Source: Camelus dromedarius
Lineage: Eukaryota
Direction of reading: 5' to 3'
DNA length: 64,000 bases
Assembly: GCF_036321535.1 (NCBI RefSeq)
Contig: NC_087437.1
Location: forward strand, 82,524,001 to 82,588,000
Below are positions 26,711 through 37,845 of the stretch, one piece after another. Both the position numbers and the translations under genes were made by a program. The notes under the pieces are model-generated. The model was not told the origin of the DNA. It saw nothing but the letters and a program-made list of their open reading frames with translations, and searched no databases. How positions within the stretch are numbered: position 1 is the first letter of the stretch; each line of letters opens with the position of its first letter.

Positions 26711-28190
26711 TTTGGAATACTCTCTCCTAAAATAGAGAATTGTGATATCATTAAGGCATCACTTCTTGAGGAATACATATAATTGCAAACTATATTCTGA
26801 AATATTATATGTACAGAAGCAGTAAAACCAACAGAGAGTTTAAATTAAAATATAAAAATTCCACATAGGGATGACTTATAAGAATGTGGCCTCAGCCCTA
26901 TAGAGAATGAGAGCAAGAATCTAATATGTTCTTTTAGTTATTAAAATTACTTGACGGGTCCAGTATCTGGCTGGAGTCTACTACTGGCTTGACGTAAACA
27001 AGAGTTGAGTGTTTTTTGTCCAGAAGAACTTGGCTTGAGATAATTTTTGGCTGTGCTCAGAGTTGAGTAGGACATGAAGTAGGGCTGCTTGAAAGACAGC
27101 CAATGAGCCCAGCCTGTTGCCTTAGGCAATGTATGTCCTAGTCGGAGTCCTACTCAAGAATTCATGTCATGAGATGTAAGTAATTTGTTCTTATTGAAGA
27201 AGACATTGCTTGGCAAAGATATGCCAAAACATGTCCAAATAAATGAATCAAGGCGTAAAATCTGGGTGGTCTTTAGAGTTGATTTTATACATAGGACAAA
27301 AGAAGCATTTGTGAGGTGGCAGACTATCTGTGAAGGGAATTCTTCCTGCAGTCAGGGGGCCATTTTGGCAAAGGCAAAGAGATCATTCAGCAACACTGGG
27401 ATGTAAATGACCATATTTATTTTTGCAAGGAAATATTAGTCTAGCATATAGTCTAACACTGTTCCTAAATTAGGACAGGCAGTTACCATAATTCTATGGC
27501 ATTAATAGGTTTCTTTTGGGGGAATAGTGTTCTAGAGATGTACTGTTTAACATCACCAATTTCAAGATGTGCTTTGTCAAACCACATTATTTTAGTGTCC
27601 AAAATATCTTACTGTGCTTAAAAGCCATCAGATTGCTTCTTCCATGGGATGCCTTCATTCAATTCAGTGCCCTTAGGCCAAAGCCTGCAAATTCTTTTTG
27701 CAAAACACTTTAAGCCTGAAAAAATCTAGAGAATATTTTAAGGAAAACACAGGTATCACCTAGCTTTGCCAAGTGTAAACATTATCCTTGTATGTCTTTC
27801 CCTTCCCCTCACTTCCCAGAGGTAACCATTATATCAAATCTTGAGTTTATTATGCCAATTCAAGTTGTTATAATCTCTATCATCTATCTATCATCTCTCT
27901 CTGGGCACACACATGCACACACTCATGCACTCACACATAGGTAATTCTGCATCTTTAGTTTGTTCAATATTATGTTTGTAATACTCATCTTAATCCTATG
28001 CAATATTCCATTGTATGGGAACACTAGTATTATTTATCCATTTTCCTATGCATAAACACAATTTTTAACATCTTTCATAATGTAAAGAATGCTCCAGTGA
28101 ACATATTTCTGAATATCTCTTTGAGCTCATTTGCATCAGTTTTTTTAGGCCTCCTGGAGTAAAATTGCTAATTCAAGAAGCACATGTACA

Positions 28191-28676
28191 TATGGTAAGT
28201 AGACTAATGGCTCCCCTAAAGGTATCCTTGGAATCTGGCAATTTGTTCCTTTACATGGCAAAAGGGATTTCATAAATGTGATTAAGGTTAAGTTTCTTCA
28301 GAAGGGGAGATTATCTTGGCTTACTCAGGGGGGCCCAATCTAATCACATGAGTCCTTGAAATCAGACAAGGAAGTAAAATAGAGGTTTAGAAGATAGCAC
28401 CTGAAAAGAACCAGCTGTTGCTGGTTTTGAAGATGGAGGAAGGGGGCCATGAGCTGAGGAATAAATAGTCCCTAGAAGCTAGAAAAAGGCAGGGAAAATG
28501 GATTCTCTCTCAGAGCCTCCAGAAAGGAATGCAGCCCAGCAGACTGATACCTTGATTTTAGCCAAGTGAGACTCGGGACAAACTTCTGACCTTCAGAACT
28601 GTAAGCTAACAAATTTGCATTGTTTGAAGCTGTGAAATTTGTAGTGATTTGTTACAAAGCAATAGAAACGAATACA
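28191..28676 (+). mobile_element. MLT1D MaLR solo LTR
   Basis: TTACATGGCAAAAGGGA; GGGCCCAATCTAATCACATGAGTCCTT; GAGCCTCCAGAAAGGAATGCAGCC; TTTGTTACAAAGCAATAGAAACGAATACA end; degenerate TSD GTACA/GCATA. Confidence 0.88.
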
Positions 28677-29555
28677 GCATATTAAACTTTACTATCGTTA
28701 AATTTCTCTCCGAAATAGCTATGCCAGTTTCTGTGTGTGCTATCAGTGTATGAGAATCCCAGTGACCCCTTAACCTTTACAAGCCTAGAGTATTGCCAGA
28801 CTTAAAAATTTTGTCTGCTGAGTTTTAAAAGGTAGGTAGTTTTAATTTGCAAGTGGTTTAATTTTCATTTCCCTAATTACTTGTGGGGTTGAGCATTTTA
28901 ACTTCTATGTTATTGGCCATTGGAACATTTTTTTCTTGAACATCTTGTTCATGTATATTATTGGTCTTTATATAGGTTGGGTTGTTATTTTTTTCTTATT
29001 TATTTGTAAATATTTATATGTTCTGAAAATAAAATCTTTATTGATAAAACCCCATGTGAATATAAATTCCCATTCTGTGGCTTTCTTTAACTTTTTATTA
29101 AATACAAAGTTTTAATTATAATGTAGACAAATGTGTCAGTTTTTACTTAATGAATTTTGCATTTTAGGTCTTATATCTCCTTCCTAACTTCAAGATCATA
29201 AACATATTCTATATTTTCTTTTAAAAGGTTTAGTTTTGCTTTTCATACTTAGGGCTTTCAAATATTTGGTAATAGTTTTTTATTTGGATACCCAATTCTC
29301 AAAATACTTGTGAAAAATTACTGTTTTCTCACTGATTTGTAATATCACCTCTCTTTCATGCATCAATATATGTATGAATATGTTTCTTGTCTCTTTTCTC
29401 TGACACTGTCAGTTTATTTCAGTTTCTGCTTTACACTATTTTATTTACTTCAGCATTAAAATACCTTGCTATTCTCTTTGTTTCTAATTTTTTTCTAAAT
29501 TTCTTACTTAATCTTAGATTTTTATTCATTTATATGACTTTTAGAATAAACGTGG

Positions 29556-29863
29556 TGTCGGTAGTCTTAAGTGAGTAGGTCGTGGGATCCAGGTCAAAGT
29601 TCACAATAACTTGCTTGTGTGTGAGGTAAGAAGTAAATGTACGCATGTGCTAGTAGCATGAGTAAGCATTATGAGCAATATGCATGCATGGGCATAATAA
29701 AAGGAGGACTGCATACCTCTGAGTGCGCGCCACTCTCTTGTATGTCAATGAAGGGCTGTTTTGCTCCATGTCAGATCCTTGCGCGTTATGCCGGCTCCTC
29801 GTACCTTCTTCCAGTTGGGCAGCTCACCTCCTCGGGTCCCTCTCCAGCCTCCCATGGCTGACA
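29556..29863 (+). mobile_element. Unclassified ERV solo LTR, 308 bp
   Basis: TGTCGG...CTGACA inverted termini; GC/CpG-rich insert that cleanly interrupts host L1 TTTAGAATAAAC|..CAAGTTCC; ATAATAAAAGG TATA-like element. Strand is tentative. Confidence 0.7.
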
Positions 29864-31402
29864 TTTGGCAAGTTCCATTAAACAAGCACACACATTCTTT
29901 CTGGGATTACAGTCAAAACTGGATAAAAATTGTAGAATGAATTAGAGTGAACTGATATCTTTTGGATGTATTGTCTTGGCATACTTTTCTCTTTATTCAG
30001 TGCTTTAAAATTTTATTCAAATTTATAGCTTGCTCTGTCAAAAATTTACTATACAGCTTTTGATAGGCTTATTAAAAGGTGCTTTCCTGCTTTTTATTAT
30101 CTTATTATTAGTAAGTACTTTACTGCCATTTTACTCATTAGTGATTGTCCGTATGGAGGGATGCTATTGATTTTCATATATTGATCTCATATCTGGCAAA
30201 CTTGCTGAGTATTCTCTTATTAGTCCCAATTGCTTGTAAATGTTCTTGGATTTTATAACCAGTATTTTCTCAATAAAGGTAATTTTGCTAATTTTTGCAC
30301 TTGTTATACTTCTTACTTTTTTTTTTTTTTTTAACTTACCTTATAGTTTGCCTTGGATTTCCAGTGCATTGTTTGTTAGAAGAAGTAATAGGCATCCTCA
30401 TATTGTTCCTGAGTTTAATCGGAATGCTTCTAAAGTTTTACATTTAAGTGTGGTGTTTACTGTAGATAAGTTTCAGAAATTCTCCTATTCCTAATTTGCT
30501 AAAAAATTGTCATAAATGACTTAAAATTTATTGAATTTTTTCATCTATTTACAAGATTTTGTTTCTTTTATTGTTCATGTCTGCTTTGGGTATAAACATG
30601 TTTGTCTCATAAAACTAGCTGGGTAATTTCCCCTCATTAGCTATTCTCTGAAGCATTTTTATATGGTTTGAATCATTTGTTCCTAAAAGTTTGGTATTTT
30701 TAGCTAAGATAAGATTATATAATTTACTTAACTTATTTAATGGTTATTGTTTCTTCCTCAGGCAATTTTGCCAACTTATGTTTGTCTGGAAAGTTCTCAA
30801 TTTCATCTAAGTCTACAAGTTTATTGGCATAATTTCTCCATAATGTTTTTATAATACTTAAAAAATTCCATGGAAATATTACCATTTCTCTTTTTACCAT
30901 TTCCAGTCCCTTTTTCCATTATTATTTTTGATATTCTTTTTCTCTTCTATTGATCAGGTCAGCTTACTTTCTTTCTTTAAAAGATATAGTATTTGTTTTG
31001 TTGATTTTATTGTTCTCTATTACTATCGTTAGTTTTTCTTTGCTTCACCTTTCATTTGATCTGTTCTATTCTCAGTTAAACTATTGTCTGAATTGTTTTC
31101 AGTCACTATTTTTAATAAAGGCATTTATGTCTATAAATTTCCCTCTACTGCAATACCAGCTTCTCACAGGTTTTTATATGTAGTGCTTTTATTTTTATTA
31201 AGTGATAAATATTCTCTAATTTCTATTGTAATCTTTTCTTTTACTCATACTTTACATATGAGAATATATCAACTTTCCTAAAATAACTGTTTTATTTTTA
31301 TTAAATATTTAATGCATTGTGGTAAGAAGATACTGTTCTATAATATAAATTATTGGAAATAGTTGAAACATTTTCCTTGTCCCTTAATTTCAAGAAATTT
31401 CA

Positions 31403-31520
31403 AGAAACTGAGGGACAAAGAAGTTACAAGATGAAGTTCGCAAAGCTAGTAATTGGTACAGCCAAGGTTTAAACCCAGTAAGTCTGACTCCATTGTCCAC
31501 ACTGGGCCAATACTATACTA
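31403..31520 (-). mobile_element. MIR fragment
   Basis: GAAACTGAGG...GCTAGTAATTGGTACAGCCAAGGTTTAAACCCAGTAAGTCTGACTCC. Confidence 0.7.
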
Positions 31521-32372
31521 CTACTGCCAGTTTTTGCTTTTTGTATTTTAAGACTATTTTATTAGATATATATAAGCTTACACATGTTATGATTAGTTGC
31601 AGAATTATTCTTTCTATTATTGACTCCCTACATTTCCATCAGTGCTTTTTGCCTTTAATTCTATTTTGTACGATACTATTATTACCATATCAGTTCCACT
31701 TTGGGTAGCATTTCATTGGTTCTGCTTTTCTTTTTTATAAATTTAACCATCATGTATAAATTTTTTTTCCTCTGCTAGTTTGGACACCATGAACTATATT
31801 TATTTTTTGGGGGTTGTCACTCTCACTCTTTTAACATGTAGATTTAAATATCACATTTTCTAACAAAGATGACTATTTTACCTTCCTCCACAACACATGG
31901 ATCTTAATTCACTTTAGGTATCAATTAAAATCCCATTGTATTTTAATTTTTGCAAAGTGTTTGTTTAGATGTTTAAAACTGAGGAAAAGGTTAATTAGAT
32001 ATTTTTGAAAAAATTATATGTATCAATATATTTAGTAGAATCCATTTTAAAATTTGGTTTTGCTACTGCTTTCCTTCCCTTTAAGTTCACTTCTCTCTTT
32101 GCTGACAAATCTTTTTTAAGCATTTTTTAAAATTAAGAATCTATCTGTGGTGAATTTTGGAAGTCCTTCTATATTTCAGTGTCTTTGTTTTGTTCTCACT
32201 ATTGGAAAAATAGCGAAGCATCGCTCCGTTCTGGAGTGAGTTAGTATCCCTCAGCCTTTTGAAGATGTGCTCCAAATTTTACTGGCCTCTCCTATTTCTG
32301 GTGATAAATAATGAAGTCAGTCTAATGATTATTCAGTTGTAGATAATCTGTCTTTTCTCTGGGGTCACTTTT

Positions 32373-32991
32373 TGTTGCAGCAAAGTGTGTTACAGCTCAG
32401 TGTTACGGCTCAGTGTTTTGGCTCAGTTGAGACAGCAACCTGGATTCAGGTGAGAGACCAAGCAGCACATGGAGGGTTGGAGAACTCAATGTTTATTATG
32501 CCAGCAGGCCCAAAGGAGTTAACACTCCAAACTCTGGACCCCGTCTGTAGGTTTACACAGGCTTTTATAGGCTACCAGTGTAGACTTTGCAACATTTTGT
32601 AACATCATATGCAAATAAGGTATAACAAGGGTGACTAATTACGAACAAGCTTGTAGAAATGGACCAATCAGGAGTGGTAGAAATGGACCAATCAGGAGTG
32701 GCAGAAATGGACCAATTAGGAGTGGTAGAAATGGGCAAATCAGGAGTGTTAGGAACAGACCAATCAGTAGTGAGCTCCTTGAAAATGAAGCGCTACAAAT
32801 GGACTAATCAGGAGTTAGCTCAGGGAACCAATAGAATCTTAGGGGTAAGTTCCACTTTCTTAGAAGTAAGCCGTTTCAGAGGCAAAAAGTGAGATAATGC
32901 TGCTGAGCCAGGGAACCGGATGGTGCTGGCAGGAGAGTAATGGCCCTGCCTGGGGGTCCTGCAGGTCTTTTTCATGAGGTTTCCCACCTCA
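32373..32991 (-). mobile_element. ERV1 (gammaretrovirus-like) solo LTR, 619 bp
   Basis: Sense reads TGAGGTGGG...TGCAACA; 4-bp TSD TTTT; TATAAAA at 32563-32569 and AATAAA at 32492-32497 on the minus strand; 13-bp x3 repeat (32387-32425) reminiscent of bovine BTLTR1. Confidence 0.9.
32653..32772. repeat. 24-bp tandem repeat x5 carrying CCAAT boxes, in LTR U3
   Basis: Unit GTAGAAATGGACCAATCAGGAGTG; units 1 and 2 are identical, units 3-5 are progressively diverged. Confidence 0.92.
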
Positions 32992-33149
32992 TTTTAAGAT
33001 TTTTTTTCTTTATCTTTGATGCTTTGAAGTTTCATTAAAACAAACCTAGGTATGTAATGTTTTTAAATCCTGCTTGCAATTCAGATACACTTTAATTTGA
33101 TGACACATGTCTTTTCTTCAATTTGGAAAATTCTGAAGAAAGCTTACTA

Positions 33150-33490
33150 TAATGAAAGACACCTGAAGTCAGAAGGCAAAAGTCAAGATCTGATTCTGGA
33201 ACCTCCAGGCTATGTGATTCTTGGAAAAGCACCTAATCTCCCTGAATCTCAGAACTCTCCTCTCCATCCCAGGGTTGTGATAACAGTCAAATGAGGAACT
33301 TGATGGCAATAATTATGGTTACTATTAACCAAAAGTTTTCAGTATGCCAGGCATTATGTTAATCTGTGAACACACATGCATATGCATGCATATGCATGCA
33401 CGCGCAGGTGCACACACACGCACACACACCCCTTCACTTAAGGCTTACAGCAGTACTATTTTATTAATAAGAAAACTGAAATCTTCCCAA
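33150..33490. mobile_element. Two MIR fragments in opposite orientation, with an internal alternating purine-pyrimidine tract
   Basis: GCTATGTGATTCTTGGAAAAGCACCTAATCTCCCTGAATCTCAG (+); TATGCCAGGCATTATG...AAGAAAACTGA (-). Confidence 0.6.
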
Positions 33491-33954
33491 GGAAATGTAA
33501 AAGCATAATATAAAGTAAGAAAGTTTTGAACAAAGTTATTGATGTTGTATCTTTACTACTCTATTGAAAGCTACTTGAGAAAAAAAGATTGTCTCTTATG
33601 TAAAGAGATTTATTAGCAAATACTTGAAAAACTGAATGACCTTACATTTCCACAAATGACTTTCTAATGCATAGAAAAATATAACTTAAAAATTTTATGA
33701 TTTTTGTTCATAATAATTAGTTTGTATTCTTCTCCTGACTGCCACCCACTCAAGGAAAGATATCTCATTTGCTTTCGTATCTTTAGTACTTCATGCCTGG
33801 TATGTGGTTCAAAAAAAAATGACGTAATTTTGGTATGATTACTTCATATGTAACTCAGAAAACACGTATCTAAGCTGTATATAAAGATTTAGGTTTTACT
33901 CCCAATCCTGCTAGGATTCTTAATGATTAACATATTTTGAATTTTTGTCATTTT

Positions 33955-34190
33955 TCTGAATGGTGGTATAAAGCATGTAACATAAAATTTGTCACTTTAA
34001 GCATTTTGAAATGTACAATTCAGTAATGTTGAGCATATTCACGTTGTTATGCAACAGAACTTCCAGAACTTTTTCATCTTGCAAAACTGAAACTCCATTT
34101 ATACCCATTAAATAACAGCTCCTCATTTCCCCCTCCCTTCTGTCCCTGGAAAATACCATTTTACTTTCTGTTTTTTACAAATTTGCTTCA
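33955..34190 (-). mobile_element. L1MB-type 3' end
   Basis: AACATAAAATTTGTCACTTTAAGCATTTT...CCAGAACTTTTTCATCTTGCAAAACTGAAACTC. Confidence 0.85.
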
Positions 34191-35498
34191 GGAGCCTTAT
34201 TCTCATTTTGACTGCTCAGTATGTATTAAATGTTTCAGGTAGTGCCAGTGGAAAAAGCAACTCAACAGACATATGCTTTATGATGGAAACATGCAAATTT
34301 TACTCTTACCACACCCCCCTCCCCCAACGTACATGAGAGAAAGAGAGGGGGATAATAATTTCTGGTAGAAATCTGACACCTAATTTCAAGTTAAGATGAG
34401 CCCTTCTTTTTTTTTTTTTTTTTTTTGATTAAAAATAGTCTTGAAACATGCATCATTGCCTAAAGGACCATGGGAAAGAATTCTATATTTTCTTTCTTCT
34501 ATTTTTAAATTTCTGTTGGGGAAAGTTTGAAAACAGAAGCATTATTGAAATATTAAGTCTTTCCCCCTTGGAGATCCTTTTAAAAAGGCAAATCTGGAAA
34601 AGCCTCAAAATTTCCCCAATAGCTGAGTGAAGGCCAAATTAAATATAAATTAATGAGTTTTATCTTCTTTCTTGATTACTCTTTTTGTATTTTTTGAGGT
34701 CAAAATGATATTTGTTAGTCATAAACAAATTCTCCTTTGCAAACCCCAATTTAAGTCTCTTAAGTGCTCCCAAAAGCCTCCCACTGTGGATTAAGAAAAT
34801 ACCCAGGTAGCCTAGTGGGGCCATAAAAGGATTTAAGTTTAGGAGTCAAAATATTACCTTTTGGCAGCCCCTTCATGGCACCTGGAAAAAAAAAAAAAAA
34901 ACACCCTCTGGTTTGGCTCAACCTGTCCAGAGAGCCTTAGGCCTTCTAGAAACCCGCATGTATCACCATAGAATGCAGCTTCAGCCACAAATGTAATACT
35001 GTAGCTGTAAAGGGTCTGTGGGGCCATGTGCTTCTGGGTTCATAGCTGAAAACAAACATCTGCTCTAGTTTGTTATTTCTGGCATAGCAGATTTCAGGGA
35101 TTTTTTTTTTCCTCTTCTTTACTTATCCGATATATATTTACTGAATGCTTACTGTGGTTAGCACTTCTTTTAAGTATTGTGCCAGGCACTGGGGAGATAC
35201 ATACCATCCTTGCCTTCATGAAGCTTCAGAAAGCTTATGATTTTATCATCATGTGACTTAGAGACTTAAAAATGTCAGGTTGAAGGGGATTCACAGAAGC
35301 CACCTAGGCCACTCTGCTACTGCAGGAAAGGATTTAATGAAATATTTTCTGACAAATTTGGTATTTATTAGGCCTGAGGATCTTCAGAGAGGGGATTTCT
35401 CCAACCTTCAAATTAGAGTCAGTGTTTTGGTCTGTAATAAAAATACACATGTAGAATGTTTCTCAGGCAAACCATGGTAGAGAGGTGGCCTGTGGTAG

Positions 35499-35670
35499 TA
35501 GCATGGCTAGATGAAATACAGGATGCCCAGTCAAATTTGACTTTTAATGTAAGTATGAGCCAGATATTGCATGGGACATACTTATCCTAAAATCATATTT
35601 GTTGTTTATCTGAAATTTAAATTTACCTGGGCATCCTTGAATTTTTTTTTTATACTATTTTTGGTAACTA
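35499..35670. mobile_element. MER53 palindromic hAT MITE
   Basis: Matches the recalled MER53 consensus (AATACAGGATGCCCAG...ATTGCATGGGACATACTTAT...CTGGGCATCC); perfect 8-bp TSD TGTGGTAG at 35491-35498 and 35671-35678. Confidence 0.9.
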
Positions 35671-36174
35671 TGTGGTAGAGAAAGAAGGAAGGTCAGACAA
35701 GAACTATTTGAACTATTTAATTAATTTTATAACAAAGCAATTTAGTAGAGGTCAAATGTTAATGACTTGGGTTCTGGCACCATCAATAATGTACTTACTT
35801 TGGAATTCCCTCCTGGCCAATTCTCTTTGCATAGAGGTGACTTTAGAATAGACTATGCATTACTGGTCCTCACAGTTTCATTAAAATGATACAGATGATT
35901 CTGACTGTTTGCTTTTGGAAGAGCCATATGTTTTAATGGGGGTCCCTTTGAGGACTCATATATCTCCTACTATCCCCACTAACCTACCTTTGTTAGACTA
36001 AGTGACAGCACATTGGAGTCCACACAGTATATTACTAGACTTGAATTTTTATCATGCCATTTCATAAGCTAACTTGGGAGTATGAGGAAACTTTCCTAAT
36101 ATCTGTGGTTTATGTTCTGTGTCTCTGAGTTCTACCAAAAAGTAAGGTGGTAGATATGCAGAGACTAGAAATAA

Positions 36175-36272
36175 CTTCACTGTAGGCTCTGTGGCAGCAG
36201 AGACCAGGCCCGTTTTGTTCATCACCATCAACTAAGTACCCAACATAGTATCCTCAAAGTATTGTTGGATAT
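36175..36272 (+). mobile_element. L2 3' end fragment
   Basis: CTGTAGGCTCTGTGGCAGCAGAGACC...TTTTGTTCATCACC...CATAGTATCCTCAA. Confidence 0.6.
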
Positions 36273-36288
36273 ATCAGAAGAATTCTGT

Positions 36289-36726
36289 TGTTACTGGAGA
36301 ATAGGTTCTTGTCTCACACAGGAAAGAATTCAAGAGTGAGGCATAATAAAATGAAAAGAAGTTTATTCAGGGAGATACACACTCCATAGACAAGAGTGTG
36401 GGCCATCTCAGAAGGCAAGAGAGAAAGTGACCACAAGTGCAGTTTTTATGGGCTCAGTAATTTCATGTGCTAAAGAGTGGTAGGATTATTCCAACTATGT
36501 TGGGGAAGGGACAGGTATTTGCAGGAATTAGACCCCTCACCCCCACCTACTTTTTGACTGTTATGGTCCATCAAGGAAATGTCATGGTGCCCATGGATGT
36601 GTCATGAAGCTCAAGGTCCATTGGAAGTTGAATCTTTTGCCATCCTGGTTCTAACCAGTTTGTCTTGTCCTCAGTTGCTCTGTCATTCCTTCAGTGGTTA
36701 TGCCCTGCCCCCCACCTCCTGTCTCA
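36289..36726 (-). mobile_element. ERV1-class solo LTR
   Basis: TGTTAC...GTCTCA termini; antisense polyA signal TTTATT; near-perfect 4-bp TSD CTGT/CTAT. Confidence 0.8.
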
Positions 36727-37062
36727 CTATCTCTCAAATACCTCATTCCCTTTACTTCAACTAGCAAAGTACAAATTCTGTGACTTTCACAAACGACCTC
36801 CATTTATTTTTATTCATGTAAGAGACAAGTCTGGCAGAAATATATACACATTTATAATATGGTTTGCCCATCTTGAAATTTTTCATTATTCAAAGCAAGA
36901 AAGTCAGTAATTATTTTTATTAATTTACCCAAAAAATGCTTATCAGAAGTTTAATTTGTATAGTCTCTCTAGCTAAAAATGTAAAATTTTATTGAAGTAT
37001 AATTTACATTTGATTACAATACTTCTCAAGGTAACACAAAATCCAGATTAGGCCTTTAATAT

Positions 37063-37391
37063 TGTTAAAAGATAAACTAAGGTATATTTAAAAATTTTAG
37101 AGTTTATTTAAGCAAAAATCAATTTCAATCAGGAAGCACCAAACCAGAAGTATTTAGGAGTGCTCTGCTGACAGGAGCCAGGGGAAAGACTTACATAGAG
37201 AATGTATAGAAGCAAAGAAAGATTATTGGATTGGCTACAGCTTAAAGCCTAGTTGACTGTGTGTGATTGTCCTTAGGTTTTGGTTTTGTAGCCCTTAAGC
37301 ATTTTATAGGCTTAAATTTTGGTTTGTTTACATAGGCCACCATGGCACTAGAACCGCCTCAGTGTGGCTTCCTCGTTTATTTAATTTAACA
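37063..37391 (-). mobile_element. MER87-like ERV1 solo LTR
   Basis: TGTTAA...TTAACA inverted termini; TSD ATAT/GTAT; sense start CTGAGGCGGTTCTAGTGCC...GTAAACAAACC resembles MER87. Confidence 0.78.
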
Positions 37392-37504
37392 GTATCTTGC
37401 TTCTCCATTAAAAAATACTTAATACTCATTACCAGATCTAGTACATAAAAAGGGTAACTCTGTGCTATCGATCCTAAATGGAATCAATGAGTATTCGAGG
37501 TAGA

Positions 37505-37640
37505 AAATTCTTCTAGATCATTCACACAACACTTACTTTTTTATAATGAAGGAATAGGCATCCAGAGAGATTAAGTAGCTGGTCCCAGATCACATAGGTA
37601 GACTTAAAACTCAGTCCTGTTTATCTTCACTGAGTCCTCT
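37505..37640 (-). mobile_element. MIR fragment
   Basis: CCAGAGAGATTAAGTAGCTGGTCCCAGATCACATAG. Confidence 0.55.
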
Positions 37641-37807
37641 GTTCTTTTCACCATATCTCCATGTTTTTCTTTGGAATTCAAGACTTTTTTTTGTCTTAAA
37701 TATAAAAATATGTAAATATGTGCAGAAATGACAAAGAGAAAAGGTGAAAATTCTGATGTTCCCTGTTTTTATATTAGCATTTAAACAAGCACTTTAAAAG
37801 TTTGCAT

Positions 37808-37811
<4 letters not shown>

Positions 37812-37843
<32 letters not shown>
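37812..37843. repeat. poly(T) tract of about 32 nt
   Basis: Directly visible. Confidence 0.9.

Positions 37844-37845
<2 letters not shown>

Larger units (their letters stand above)
27760..33135 (-). mobile_element. Long, decayed L1ME-type LINE interrupted by four younger or nested elements
   Basis: Ordered antisense L1 motifs from the 3' UTR (CCCAGAGGTAACCA) through ORF2 (TTTTCATTTCCCTAATTAC, GCTATTGATTTT, CTATAAATTTCCCTCT) to the ORF1 region (GAAGTCAGTCTAATG, CTTTATCTTTGATG). Confidence 0.7.

Noticed and set aside
26947..27129. 60-aa minus-strand ORF with acceptor-like and donor-like flanks
   Set aside because: No recognisable protein similarity, weak splice sites, and opposite to the inferred transcription strand.
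32659..32892. ORF with an 8-aa repeat (MDQSGVVE)n, and a possible CRISPR-like array
   Set aside because: It is the translation of the 24-bp LTR tandem repeat on the antisense strand. There are no unique spacers and no cas genes, and the context is eukaryotic.
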